Source: Bugula neritina (lineage: Eukaryota > Animalia > Bryozoa). From it: 32,872 bases of DNA. The stretch covers positions 21,224 to 54,095 of the forward strand of contig CAXIUT010000018.1 in assembly GCA_964035545.1 (NCBI GenBank). The letters are read 5' to 3'. The position numbers and the translations under genes were made by a program. A model generated the notes under the pieces. The model was not told the origin of the DNA. It made no database searches and saw only the letters and a list, made by a program, of their open reading frames with translations. Below, in pieces: positions 11,992-24,186 of the stretch. Within the stretch, counting starts at the first letter, position 1; each line of letters opens with the position of its first letter.

Positions 11992-12996
11992 TCAATCTTC
12001 TAGGGTTTCCCATGCTGTGATTTATTCTTTATGTTTTTATATTTTTTTATTGTTTTTTTATATTTTAAAGAGTTTTTGCGGTTCTGAAACTTCGGGTTTA
12101 TTGTCTTTTCTTTCTGGTTTGTTTTAGACTTTAGCTTTATGTGTATCTAGGTAAGGAAGTAGTGCTTTGAAGCTGGCCATTTGTTGTAGACTCAGTTAGT
12201 CTATATTTTTGGAGTGGAAGGGCTGGAAGTATCTATCGATGACTGCTTGAGGTTGGCTGCTTCTGTTCTGTATTTTATTGTACTTGTTGTATTTGTTATT
12301 GTGATTGGTCGGTTGGTTTTGTTGGTGGATGGAGGTGGGTCTGATCAGGATGAGGTTTTTTTGGTTGTGATTGTCTGTTGATTTGATGGATTGTAGTTTG
12401 TGCTTGATTAGTGTGGGTGATTTGAGTTTATTATATTTTTTATCTGATTAGCTATGTCTATATACTGTTTTTCTTGACTATTGTATTCTGAATAGATTAT
12501 GTTATTATAAATTTGGTCTAAAATTGATAGTTCTTCTTGGCTTTATGTGTCTGATCATTTATTATCGCCATTAGTCCATATATCCTTCCTCTCTACTCTC
12601 CTCTCTACTCTCCTCTCTACTCTCCTCTCTACTCTCCTATCTATTTTATCTATTTTACTACTCCTATCTATTTTATCTATTTTACTCCTATCTCTACTGT
12701 CTTTATTGTCTTTACTGTTGTTCTTTCCATTATATTCCTTTTATCTTTTTATTTTTTCTTGATTATTGGTGTGTTTGTCTTTTTGGTTGTTTATCTACTA
12801 CTATGGTGGGTTGGTTATCTACTCCTAGGGTGGGTTGGGGATCTACTATGGTGGGTTGGTTGAGATGTCCCATGGTTTTTCTGAGTGGGTCTGGTTGGGA
12901 AGGGAAGAGGAGTTGTATTTATTTTTTTATTGACTGTAGTTATTTATGTTTGAACTGGCTATTAATTATTCCATTGAGGTAATTAGGAAAAGACAT
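11992..12996 (-). CDS. Hypothetical low-complexity protein (~334 aa) with an Arg/Glu-rich repeat
   Basis: ATG 12996 (MSFPNYLNGIINSQFKHK...) to TGA 11994-11992 (...AWETLED*) is 335 codons. Internal REES/ENR repeats at ~12585-12720. Confidence 0.6.
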
Positions 12997-13151
12997 GTTT
13001 TTGTTATTGATCAATAATAACTAATATTGTAAATAAAGATAATCAAGCAACATTTTATCGTTAATTAATCGTATGGTCTATTTATTAATGAAATTTATAA
13101 TAGATTGAAAGGGTTGATTTGATGATGTAGATGATAATAATTTTATTATTG

Positions 13152-14114
13152 ATGTCCTAGAGTGCAACATCCCAGATAGAACAACATTTTCTTATGAATA
13201 GTGTTTTTAAAAGAGGAAGACGATACTTCGATGTGGTAAAGCTTAATCAAATCGAACATCAACAATCGATTGAACGAAGAATACCTTAATCATCTAAACA
13301 AACCATCGACTCACAGGTCACTGATGTATTCATTAATTCTCATGACATGCTTAATGACAAAGTCAACCACGATTTGAATTATTTCCAAAGTAAGTACTTC
13401 AACGAGGATCAAGATTAAATCTAAACTACATATACCTCTAACACGTAATCTTATATTAATGAAAGAAAAAAGCCAAGGACAGTTAATATGAGAAAAATGT
13501 TGGCTAGGTCTGACTTGGAAAAATATAGAAATAGTTATCAGAATTAAGAACAATTTAATAATTATACAGTTACTAAACATAAACCTAAAAAATCAATTGA
13601 TTTTGATAACTTTTTAGGAAGAAATAAACAAACGAGCAAAACTTAAAGATATACTCACAATCCATAAAATTAGTTTAGTCAGGATTAGAAAGTAGGCAAA
13701 ATTCACTAAAAAATTATCTATGATCAATCACATTCTAAATGCTTTGTTGATTTCCAAAAAAATGGAAAAGCAGAGCCCAAAAAGTAAATAGATAGCCAAC
13801 CTGTCTATGAATAAAGTAAAATCAAAAAGGGAGAAAATCTAACTAAAAGAGGTCGTCCTCACCTGCATTAGTTCTATCATGGCAATGGGAAAAGTGATCC
13901 TTCTCAAATGGACAACAAAGTTCTGAAGTAGAATGAGTACTTTTGGAGAAGTGTAAGAGAAGAAAGAGACAGGCTGAAGGACTTTTCAGTCGTTAAACGG
14001 AAAGAAGATCAAGTGTTAAAAAGACTGCATAAGGTGTTGGCGAGGAAGAAATTGCCTGATGACAAGGAAGAAATGTGTGACTAGAAGTATTTCCGCAGGA
14101 AACCAAACATTTGA
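13152..14114 (+). CDS. Hypothetical protein (320 aa)
   Basis: Intact 321-codon frame MSESATSQIEQHFLMNSVFKRGRRYFDVV...KYFRRKPNI*. Confidence 0.7.
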
Positions 14115-14197
14115 GTGATTGGTAATAATGAAAATTTTATTGCGAACAATAATATTAGATATTAAGGGGATATTTTAATGCTTTAAATATTAGAAGA

Positions 14198-14992
14198 TCA
14201 GAGTTTAAGTCCTATATAGAGAGCTACTATGCTGACAATGATATAGATGACAAGGTTGGTGTTGAAAACTTCTTTGCGAGCGTTATTTAGTCGTAGTTTT
14301 AGCTATTGAATTTTGTTTGTTCTGATGTTTCCATTTCGATCTCTTTCGAACTGAGTCAACACACTATGCCTTTGATCAAATAGCTGTCTCTTTTTAAGAA
14401 TATCTTCAGCTTCTCTCACTAGCTTACCGTACTCTTCTGGAGAGAGAGGCAGATTGACATTATTGGTCTTTTTGTTTATTCTGAAGGGAGAGTTAAACTA
14501 TGAGAGAGATTTATTGAATTTTATCTTATTATTTTATTTTATGCAGGTGGCAATTGATCTATCTCTGGCTTGGGCATCCAGTTCTGGCTATTCGTTGTCT
14601 GACTCAGCAAGCAGTTGTTTATCGATTATTTTACATTAAAAATTAACATAGGCATCTGATTCTTCAAGTTGGTCTCTGATTTTAAAATGAAATAGCTTTT
14701 TTTATAACATTTTTTCAACTTAGAGAGAGTAGTGTCCAAGGAAAGTTTACTTTTTATTGGGTTTTATTAACTTAAAAACTAGACTAACTTATGGAGAAAA
14801 TGGTATTCGAAGTCTTTAATCGCAAAAGTATGCGACTCCATTGCGTATGAGAGGCTGTAGTTGGATGCGAAGGTAGCTATCGTCTCCATAATGAATTTAG
14901 CATTTGGTTTTGGTTGGTTGAGAAGGCTGTTGTGTTTATAAACTTTGAATAGAGATGTCAATGAGGTATTCTTTGCTGGTAAAGGGATTCAT
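14198..14992 (-). CDS. Hypothetical tail-anchored membrane protein (264 aa)
   Basis: 265-codon frame MNPFTSKEYLIDISIQ... ending in a coiled-coil followed by the hydrophobic tail LVIYIIVSIVALYIGLKL*. Confidence 0.7.
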
Positions 14993-15083
14993 TTAATATA
15001 ATTAATATCAAAATAAAGAAAGGAGTATTATTGATGTTTATAGATTTTATTTAAGTAGGTAGCAAGCATAGATGAATCAAAAA

Positions 15084-18000
15084 TCATGTTCTGAGTCTTT
15101 GCAGACAAGACTTGAATTTATCCCAAGTGAATAATCTTGCGATTGAGATAACAGCTGCACAGGTGAGGACGGATGCAGGCATGATGACTGAGTCTCCAAT
15201 AGTTGCGACTGAAAAGAGATATACCATGAGGAATCCTACTAGCCAGCGGTTGATCATGAAAAGGACATGAACCATTATGTGGTGATTTATTGATAGAACT
15301 GGTTAGCAAATTTTACTTTTTAGGAGTTAGTAACTGTCAGGTCCATTGAAATGAGCAACAAATCTGGCAAATTTGGTCTTGTAGTTATCAATGTTAGTTG
15401 ATTTTTATGGCTATCTTTATTATTATTAATCTTTCTTTTAGTCTTTTTGGGAATCTTTCTGAGACTACTCTTATAACAACTTCTCACTAAGTTATCCTAA
15501 GTTGTGGAGATAGTAAACTTCATAAGATACGATTGAAATTATTAGTCTTAAAGTTAAAAAGGAGAGTAGTAGCATCGAAGAAAATATATTAGGCATTATG
15601 GGGACAGTAAGTATCCAACCCACTAGTTACAAGAAACTGAAACTGAAAATAGTTTGACTGAGAACTGAATCAGCTCCTCCGCACTTAGCTGCTGCAACAA
15701 TGATGGAGATTAAAGTGAGGAGCATGAAAGGTGTCAGCAAATATATCATAAAAGTAGGTGGTAAGGGACTAACATAGCTACAAACGGGCTACCCTTCGTA
15801 ATTAGGGAGACACTTGTAGCAAAATCTAGTGCTTGAACAGACTCTACAGCCTTCGACTGAATTACATTAGGTATTTTAGACACAGTTTCCTTGATAGCTG
15901 AAACTAGCAGATGGACAGTTATTTTGACAAATACCACTGTTGAGAACCAGGTTGCTATCATGGCAAGAGAGACATTCAAGATTTGTATATCCAAAGCAAG
16001 AACTACAATCAGGGTAGCACTGCTGGCAGATGCCTGAGTCGGCATATGGGAATTGACTGGAGGGACAATTATCCATACACTATCCGTTTGAAGAGTAGAG
16101 TCCTTATCTACAAGAGAAGCAGTATTATCTTCCATTGAGATTGGAGCAAGAATCGCACATTTGATTGCTGCATCCTCCCGAGGGAGTGGCTAGGATAGGT
16201 ATTTATTTTGTAGCTAAGGCGAGAGTGACTGACGGGAAGAGAGAGTGGAAGAGTTGGATTTTGAGTTAAGCGTTGGTTGGATTCTTGAAGGTACAAGTGA
16301 GGGTGATAGACTTTTGGTAGTTGAGAAGGTTTTGAGTGCAATTGCCTTGTGGGAGGGAGATGTTGAGTTGAAATTGGTTGTTTTTGAGGTTGAAGATCGT
16401 ATCTATGAGGACGAGTATTTGTACTGGGTCATTTTGTGCGTAGTTGTTGGTGAACATGGTTCTGATAGAGACTTATTTTGGAGTCATGAATTGATTATTG
16501 GTTGAGCTGTGATAGACATCGACTGCTTCATAGTTGTTATTAGCTAATTTGACTGACTTGATGGTCCAGTTATAGGATTGTATGTAGTTGATAAGTCCTT
16601 AGATGGTAACTAGGTTGTTAGTATTGATGTAGTTAGGAGTTGGAATGAAGATGGAGTTGTTTGGAGATGAGGTGCAGTTGGTTGCTATATGGTCTACCTT
16701 GCACTTGATAGTTGATGGGATATGATAGTGATGTTAGTTATAGCTTATGATGAATCCATTTATATTTTATGTGTTTTAAATAGTAAAGTTATAGTTGACT
16801 GTAGTGGTGCTCAATAGTACTTGGCTTGAACTTGTTTTAGAGTTAAGAATGATGGTTCCTAGAGTTAGTTTAGGGAGAATGAAGGTGCTAGAGCTGTTGG
16901 TGGTTGATGCTTTGGTGTATGGATGACCAATGTGGACATGGACTGGGTCGAAGGCAGAATTTTAGCTGAAAGATATTTGGTTGAATAGTCCTTATATTAT
17001 ATAGGTGGCTTTATTGGGTAGGTTGGAGGTCAAGATGGCGGAGGAGTTGATGATTGAGCAGGGTCGACTTTGATTGTTTGCTGTTATTTAGCAGTTATGA
17101 TTGGTGTATACTTGTGAGGAGGGGAAGTGAATAACCATGTGATCGGAGTAGTTAGGAGAAGTGATGCTGAGAGTAAGGAGGATGGCTTATCCTATTTTAG
17201 TGAGATTCCTTTAAACTGAATGTAGTACGATAGGATCGAACTCTTCCATGACAATATTGTATGATTTACTTCCATAAATCTAAGAAAATTGGTTATCAGC
17301 AGCTTGTTGGATGGTTAAGATGTGTGGCTGGTTATCTACTGGATTAGTCACTGAGTTCATCTTTAAGGTGATAGTATTGGTTATGTTAGAGATGGATATT
17401 ATGATTGGTTGGATCCATCTAAAGCTTGAGGAGTTGAGTCGATGTTGAGGATATTTGTTACTTGAGATGAGTTTATTTGAGTTTGTATGTAGGACGGTAG
17501 GGTGATGGCTAAATACCCTTATGAGTCGATTGGTTGGATCGTGAGGAGATAGTTGTTGACTGCATTGACAGTCCAACTTTATAGTGTGAGAGAAGAGGTA
17601 ATTGGTAGACTGTTGATTGTTAGTGTGAGATTGGAATTTAGCTTAGAAGATGGCAGTCCTGTTGAGATGGTGATTGGACTTTAATTGAATACTGCTTGAG
17701 ATTGATGGTAGTTATTTTGAGAGTAATTTAGTTAATGACTTGAGGAGATGTCAAGTAGAGTTCTACTGTGTTGTAGTTTTGATTTTGAGTCAGTGAGCAA
17801 GAAGCGACTTGGTTTTGAGTGCAAGATGGATTTAGACAGCACTGAGAGAAAGAACTGAAGAAGGGAGGAAGAGATAGTCCCAGGTAGGTCATGTTCAAGT
17901 TGTTAAATTAAATTTTAAGGTTGGTATTCTGGTTGACTGATAATTAGTTGGGGATGGTTAGTGACTTGAATTTTGTGAGCGATTATTCTGTTAGTTGAGG

Positions 18001-21000
18001 AGTGTAGGAGATGGATGAGGAGAACGCAATCAAATGACTATTTTGTATTTTTATGTCAACACTTGAGGTATCTGAGACGTTGTTTGGATTAGTGACATTG
18101 CCGAGAGAGATGTTGAAGGTGGATCCACTGACTGAATAATTTTGATTGTTGAAAGTGACATACATCGAACTTACAGGTTCAGGGAAGTCTCCGTTGAGGT
18201 AGATGTGTGAGGTCTTTCCAACAGTGGTTATTATTCTTTGGAGAGAGATTCCTGAGTTGAGGGGAATGAGAGTGTCAGAAGGAGATATGGTAGACTAGAA
18301 ATAGATGTAGTTGGAGTCGAGAAGGGTGAGCTTGTATTGTTCTGCTGTTGTCGATAACAGGAAGTTATTGGTTCCATTGATGATAATGTTTGTAGTATTG
18401 GAGGTGTTAGTGACTTAAATGTTGATGAATTGAGTTGAGTTGAGGGAGTGAGGAAGAAGGTCGAACTGATTGAGTCCTGCAAAGGAGAGATTGTTGAGGA
18501 GAGGAAGATTTTTCGTTGGAGTTTATAGAGGAGAGATGGTTAAGGTAAAGGAAGATACAACAGGATTGGTGAAACTAATGATAGCTGTAGTTTATTGGAT
18601 GGAATAATCGTTTGTTCGACTTATACTGAGGTCACTCAAAGGAAGAGGACTAAATAGAGAAGAGATGTCTTTTCGTTTATAGAAATAGAGTAAATACCTT
18701 GAAAGACTTGCAAAGAGACAGGATCTTGAGATATTTGTAGATACTAGTTGTTTGAAACGATAAGAGAGAAAGCAAAAGTATAGTTGGCTAACATGCAGAT
18801 TGGTCTGGATGTAGACATGGAGAAGTAAACCTCAAGGTATAGTAGGTTGAGTTCTAGAGAGTACTTGAAGGAGAGATGCTAGTTTATAGAGAGGTGAGTT
18901 GAAGTGAGTAGGTGGATTTTGGGATAGATAACTCGAATGCTGAGCTGATTGGGATGGGAACTGGCACTTTGAAGCTAATGGTAAGGTTGTTGGGAGTATT
19001 GGCTTGATTAGATGAAGTCTGTATGTTGAGATTGTTGATAGTAGTTGGTTAGAAGTGAGGATTAGAGTTAAGAGTGGAGGCTAGGAGGGTACCTTCTGAG
19101 AGATAGTTGTCGTCTGAGCTACAGATGTAAAAGACAATGGCGTTGTTGTTGAAGAGCTGTGTGTTCCATGCGTTGGTGAGGTGGAGAACGATAGATATTT
19201 TTGTGTTGGCAGGAATGAGAGTATTTCCGAGTGAGGTGATGTTGATTTGGTCGATTTATCCATTGGTTTGGGAGACAATGCAGTCAGAATGGGTGTTGGT
19301 GAGTATGGTGCAGGTGCAGGAGGGGTTAGAGAAGGAGAGTTGGTAGTAGAGCAGGTCTGGGAAGTTGATGATAATTTTGCTAGTATGTTAAATAGATGAA
19401 ATAGAGGTAAGTTCTATATTGAGATGTGTGTTGGTGGCTACTTGGTTGTTGGAGGTGGTTCCTTCGATTGAAAGGGAGTCCATTTGAATTGGAGGGTTAT
19501 TTCTGCTTAACTGCTTTAGACGAGTTAGTTGAGTGAGTTGTAGATATTTATTTGTAAGTTGTTAGTATTGGGTTAGATATTGGTGACATTGTTAAGGATG
19601 ATTCTATGTTGACCTGAGTAGGATAACGATATGACTGTTTAGTTGTTGGATAGGACTTGACAGGCAGACTGACCTGATTGTTACTGTATTAGGCAAGTGG
19701 GAGACAGAATTTTCATTTGTTTAGTGGGTAAAGTTATTTTCATAGATGCAGCTACTGATGCAAATCTAGGAGTATAGTCGATAGTTAATAATCCACTTCC
19801 TCCAATCGCTGTATTTGAACGGATAAAAGTGAAGCTGACTCCTGAGGCAGCTGTATCAGGTGAAAGGTTTTTTTGAGTTGAAAGATGATTGTGATACTTT
19901 GCTGTTTGTGGAGTCAATAGTCCAGACAGTGAGGGCATCGGTAGGAGGGATGGTCGGGATCGAGAGTTGGTTTTTGAGGTTGTCGATGGTGATAGTCGAG
20001 GTGGTGATGGGAAAGGTAAGAGCAAGGAAAGAGGGTTTCCACTATATTTAGCTTGTGAAAGATCGAATAGAGAAGATGACAGGTCTAGTAGATATGATGT
20101 TTAAGAGGAGAAAGGGTTGATTCTGTTGAACTGGATGCTAAGGTTAACAGAAGTACCTACTACTTGGTTGGTGGTTTATGCAGTTACGGCTAGCAGGACT
20201 GGTTAGACATTGTCGATTGCTACTGTCCCTTGTGCTGTGAGGTATCCGGCATGATACATGCTAATTTGTATGTTTCCAGTGATATTAGTGGAGGAGGGGT
20301 TGACAGCTTTTATGATTAAGCTTTGGTTATTGAGGTGATAGATTTGTGCTACTTGGAAGGTATTATTGTCGATTGTTGTGAGGTACTGTCCACTGTTGAT
20401 GGTCATGAGTTCAGCTGGTACTGATAGTTTGATTTCTTGGTAGTTAGTGAAAGGAGTGATGAGAGTGATTGTAAGATTAGTGGGCTGGGCATAGGTGTTA
20501 TTGGTTTTTGAAGAGTTGAAGGAGAGAGGTAGTGGGTTCTATATGCTATAGACTATGTTGAATGTTTGACTTGGCTGGTTGTTGAATAGAGTATTGAAGG
20601 AGTAGGTGAGTGGTTGCACCGTTGAAGGATTTACTACATTGGTTATGGTGATGGTGTAGCTGATAGTTTCTATCATCATGGGAGTGATATCTCCTTCTAA
20701 TGTCATCTTTATTGTAGTCTTGTTTATTAACTAACAGGTAATCACACCAGTATATAGAGAAGAGTTTTAAACTCCAAAACAACCCCCTTTGATATCATGC
20801 ATAGATGATAATTAGAAGGTGATAGCATTTTAGATAGGAATGGCTTGACTGATAAAAGTAAAGGTATATTGACTGTTGAGAGTAGTGACACTGTTGCTGA
20901 GAGAAAGTTAAATACTTTTACTGTTTTTGACAGAGTTGTATTTCAGAACAGAGAAAGAACTGCTCGCAATAGAATCCCCTCCTTTGGTCGTAAGTTCAAC

Positions 21001-23063
21001 TGTTTGAATCATCTCAGACAAAGGAAAATAACTTCTGGTAAGTCCCTGGATTATAATACTTCCTGAACAAGGATTGGACCCACATATTTGGACAGACATT
21101 TGCAAAACCGATTGAATGGTTTAAGCAGTGTTATAAATAATGGTGTTTTAGTAGGTGGTTCCTTGGCTATCTGATACAGTGAGAGAGGAAGGGTATTGGT
21201 AGTTGGTTTGAGAGGAATCGTAAATAACTGGGACATAAGTATCTTTGGGAGTAAATTTTAGTAGTAGTTGTCCTCCATTGGTGGTGATATACGAGGGAAT
21301 GTTGAAGTTAAATTTCATTTGATAGGTTGATCCAACAATTTCTGACCCTTGCCGGTCGTAGTTGGTGATTATGACTGTCGATGTTTAGAGAGGGAGTGTT
21401 TTTGAGGTTTGTTCAATGACTCCTTCTGCGTGGGCAGTTTGTATTGTGATTGATTGACTATAGGAGTTGATGTAAGAAGGATTGGTGAGTCCATTAATGG
21501 CAAAAGAGAGAGAAGATCCTCTTTGGCAGTTGGAGCAGGGAGGAGCCATTTCTACAATGAGGTTATTATTGACTGAATCAGTACTTGTGGTGCAAGGGAT
21601 ATTGATGCTTCCCTCAATACAGGTAATTCCATTAGTATTATAGGCTGCTTGAGGAAGAATGACCCTAATGAAGTCATTTTGTTTGAGTTATACTTCTAAT
21701 TGAACTGAGACAGTTAGTTTAAACTAATTATTAACTTGTGAATCATTTTTTGTGGCATTAGCAGATAAGACAAGAGGGGTAGCTGTGAAAGAAGTTGATT
21801 ATGAAGAGTTACCGATCATATTTCCGGTTGCGTCGAAAGTTTGGAAGGTGAAGGAGACTTTTCTAGTGTCTGGAGGGTTGGTGACTGCGACTGCAAAGAC
21901 CACATCTCCAGCACTGGAAATGTAGAAGTTATCTGTTGAGATGGAGTGAGATGAGGAGTCGTATGAGCAGGAAGGAGTACCTGAGGTGAGTAGAAAGCCA
22001 TAATTATTGTTGCACCAGACAGGCAAGACTGGGTTGATGGAAGAAGGTAGAGTGATTCTATATTTTCCTCCTTGAGGAATGGCTGCAAATAGTTTACTAT
22101 AGACGGTGATAGTATTTTTTTACTGGATGGAAGTACTAGAAGGAGTCAAACTTTGAGTAAGGATGTTTCCTGCTACTGTGGATTTAGCCAGTAGTTGAGA
22201 GTTGATCATAGCTACTGTGCAACCTGAACAGTAGCCTGCACTATTTGGAAAGTAGTTAAGTTGGAGGGTGACTGTAAAGCTTGAAGATGCTCCTATTGAT
22301 TGAGGATTTATTAGTCCTGTGATCGTGAGAAGAATATTTCCAGAGGTCTAGCGAGCTGTTGTTGTGAGTAAGAAAAAGAGGTTGTTGTTAAAGATTTGAG
22401 GTCTAATGTTTTGTAAGCTGAGTAAGCGATAACATACCTGTCGTAAAAAGAAAGGGTGGTTTGAAAGGAGGTGCTGATATCTACTTAACTTGGAACTGTG
22501 ACTAGGAGTTTAGGATTTAGGGGAGTCATGGGAAGGGAGAGGTTAAAGGTGTAGGTGACATCTGGATTACCTACTCCGTAGTTGGATTGATTCATTGAAT
22601 TAAGAGTGATTTCCAGAGGAGTGAAGTGAGAATCTGAGATGTCCCAGGTTAGATTTTCTGAGTAGGATGAGTTGAAGGTCACTTTTGTGTTGATGGTTTG
22701 TTTGTTGAGGAAGTATGGGTTGAGAAGAGATCCAATAGTTATAGTTAAATTGCTATAGATATTGACTGCATTATTCAAATTTAGGGTGCATTTCTTAGAG
22801 GTGCAAGAGGCTGTTGCTCCTGAGACAGCTTAGTTTTGAATGGTTGCCGAAGTGTTGAGAACAGAGTCTGGGACTGTTATATAAGTGGAGGTGAAGTCGA
22901 GAAGAAAAGTGGCGGATGCTGGTAGATCATGGACTGTATAATAGGTGACTCGATAGTTTGAATTAGTGAAGAGAGTTGAAGTGACGGGAATGACTTGCAG
23001 ACTACCAGTTTGGGAAAGAACTAGACTGAGAAGACTGAAGAAGATAAAGAGTTGTTTGTTCAT
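15084..23063 (-). CDS. Giant (~2650 aa) cell-surface protein: signal peptide, many Ser/Thr/Asn-rich beta-type repeats, furin-like Cys-rich repeats, multi-pass TM C-terminus; one 20-nt intron and several probable indels
   Basis: MNKQLFIFFSLLSLVLSQ start. Recurrent I.GL.NP / V.NP motifs. Furin-like CQQCYPDCSSCFGYTNLECLSC at ~16020-15960. Several hydrophobic helices at 15750-15120. TGA at 15086-15084. The ORF-track fragments join when TAR is read as Glu. Confidence 0.8.
22418..22437 (-). other. 20-nt spliceosomal intron
   Basis: GTATGTTATCGCTTACTCAG. Removing it restores the frame between track ORFs 22485..22778 and 21799..22026. Confidence 0.8.
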
Positions 23064-23298
23064 TTCAAATTCAAATTAAATTAATAAACCGATTTATTTC
23101 AGTTTGATTAATAATTCTAATTAATATTTAATCACTCTGGTTATCGAACAATAGTGACTACAAAATAATTATTAATGAGATTCTTAACTATGATTTACTT
23201 CTTATGAGATTATTCACCATTGCTGATGATTGTTAAGCATTGCTGATGATTATTTATATCTGATGATTTATCTATATTATAAACAATTGATAAAAACA

Positions 23299-24016
23299 AT
23301 GGAGAACGAGAGAGCGCCAAGCTTTAAAGTCATTTTGGTTGGAGATTCTGGTATATTTTTATCCATTCAGGTACAAAGACCTTCATTCAGGTACAGGAAA
23401 AACTTCACTCATCCAAAAGTACATCCATGGAGCCTTTAAAAAAGAGTATGAGGTGACAGTTGGAGTTGACTTCTCTTCCAAAACAGTCCACATAGACCAA
23501 ACTCCAGTTCAATTGCAAATTTGGGACACAGTATCTGGTTGACTAGTTTAGTGTGGTCAAGATGTATATCGATCCATTGCGAGTAACTTTTATAAAGGAG
23601 CAGCTGCTTTGTTTATGGTCTTTTCTCTCAACAACAGAAATAGCTTCAAACATTTAAACTCTTGGCTTTAATAGTTTCATGATAAAGGTAGTTCCGAAGC
23701 TTTTATATTTTTAATAGGTAACAAATGTGACTTGGAGGCAGAAGTGACTGGAGAAGAAGGTTTTTAGTTTATGAAAACCATTAAAGGAGCTTTTTACATT
23801 GAAACTTCTGCAAAGACTAATAGCAAAGTGGATTAACTTTTTAGTAAGGCAGCTTAAACAATGTACAAGAGCTATCGAGTTAATTCTGATTTTAAAAATC
23901 TGGTTTAGCCTGAAAAGATGCCAAATATACCTAACTTTTACCCTCCTCAAAGAACTACTTTAGAAGATTCACGTCGAAGTCAAATTTCTACTGAAAAGAA
24001 GAAGTGTTGTTCTTGA
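23299..24016 (+). CDS. Rab-family small GTPase (218 aa); join(23299..23350,23391..23530,23552..24016)
   Basis: FKVILVGDSGTGKTSL (G1), TVGVDF (G2), LQIWDTCGQD (G3), LIGNKCDL (G4), ETSAK (G5) and C-terminal KKKCCS* prenylation motif. 718-40-21 = 657 nt = 219 codons. Confidence 0.95.
23351..23390 (+). other. 40-nt intervening sequence made of two abutting canonical 20-nt introns (23351-23370 and 23371-23390)
   Basis: GTATATTTTTATCCATTCAG|GTACAAAGACCTTCATTCAG. All 40 nt must be removed to form the P-loop GDSG-TGKT. Confidence 0.85.
23531..23551 (+). other. 21-nt spliceosomal intron
   Basis: GTATCTGGTTGACTAGTTTAG interrupts WDT|CGQD and contains an in-frame TGA. Confidence 0.9.
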
Positions 24017-24186
24017 TTCTGATAGAAATACTAGTTTTATATATTATTTTCTTTGAATTAATTCTTTTTCAAGTGTAAATTAAAAAGATTATTTGGATCT
24101 AAAAGGGATAAATTTAAAGTAAGTTTCATGGAAAGTTATTTATTCGTGTTTTATTATTATATTAGTTAATATAAAGTGGTCGTTAT

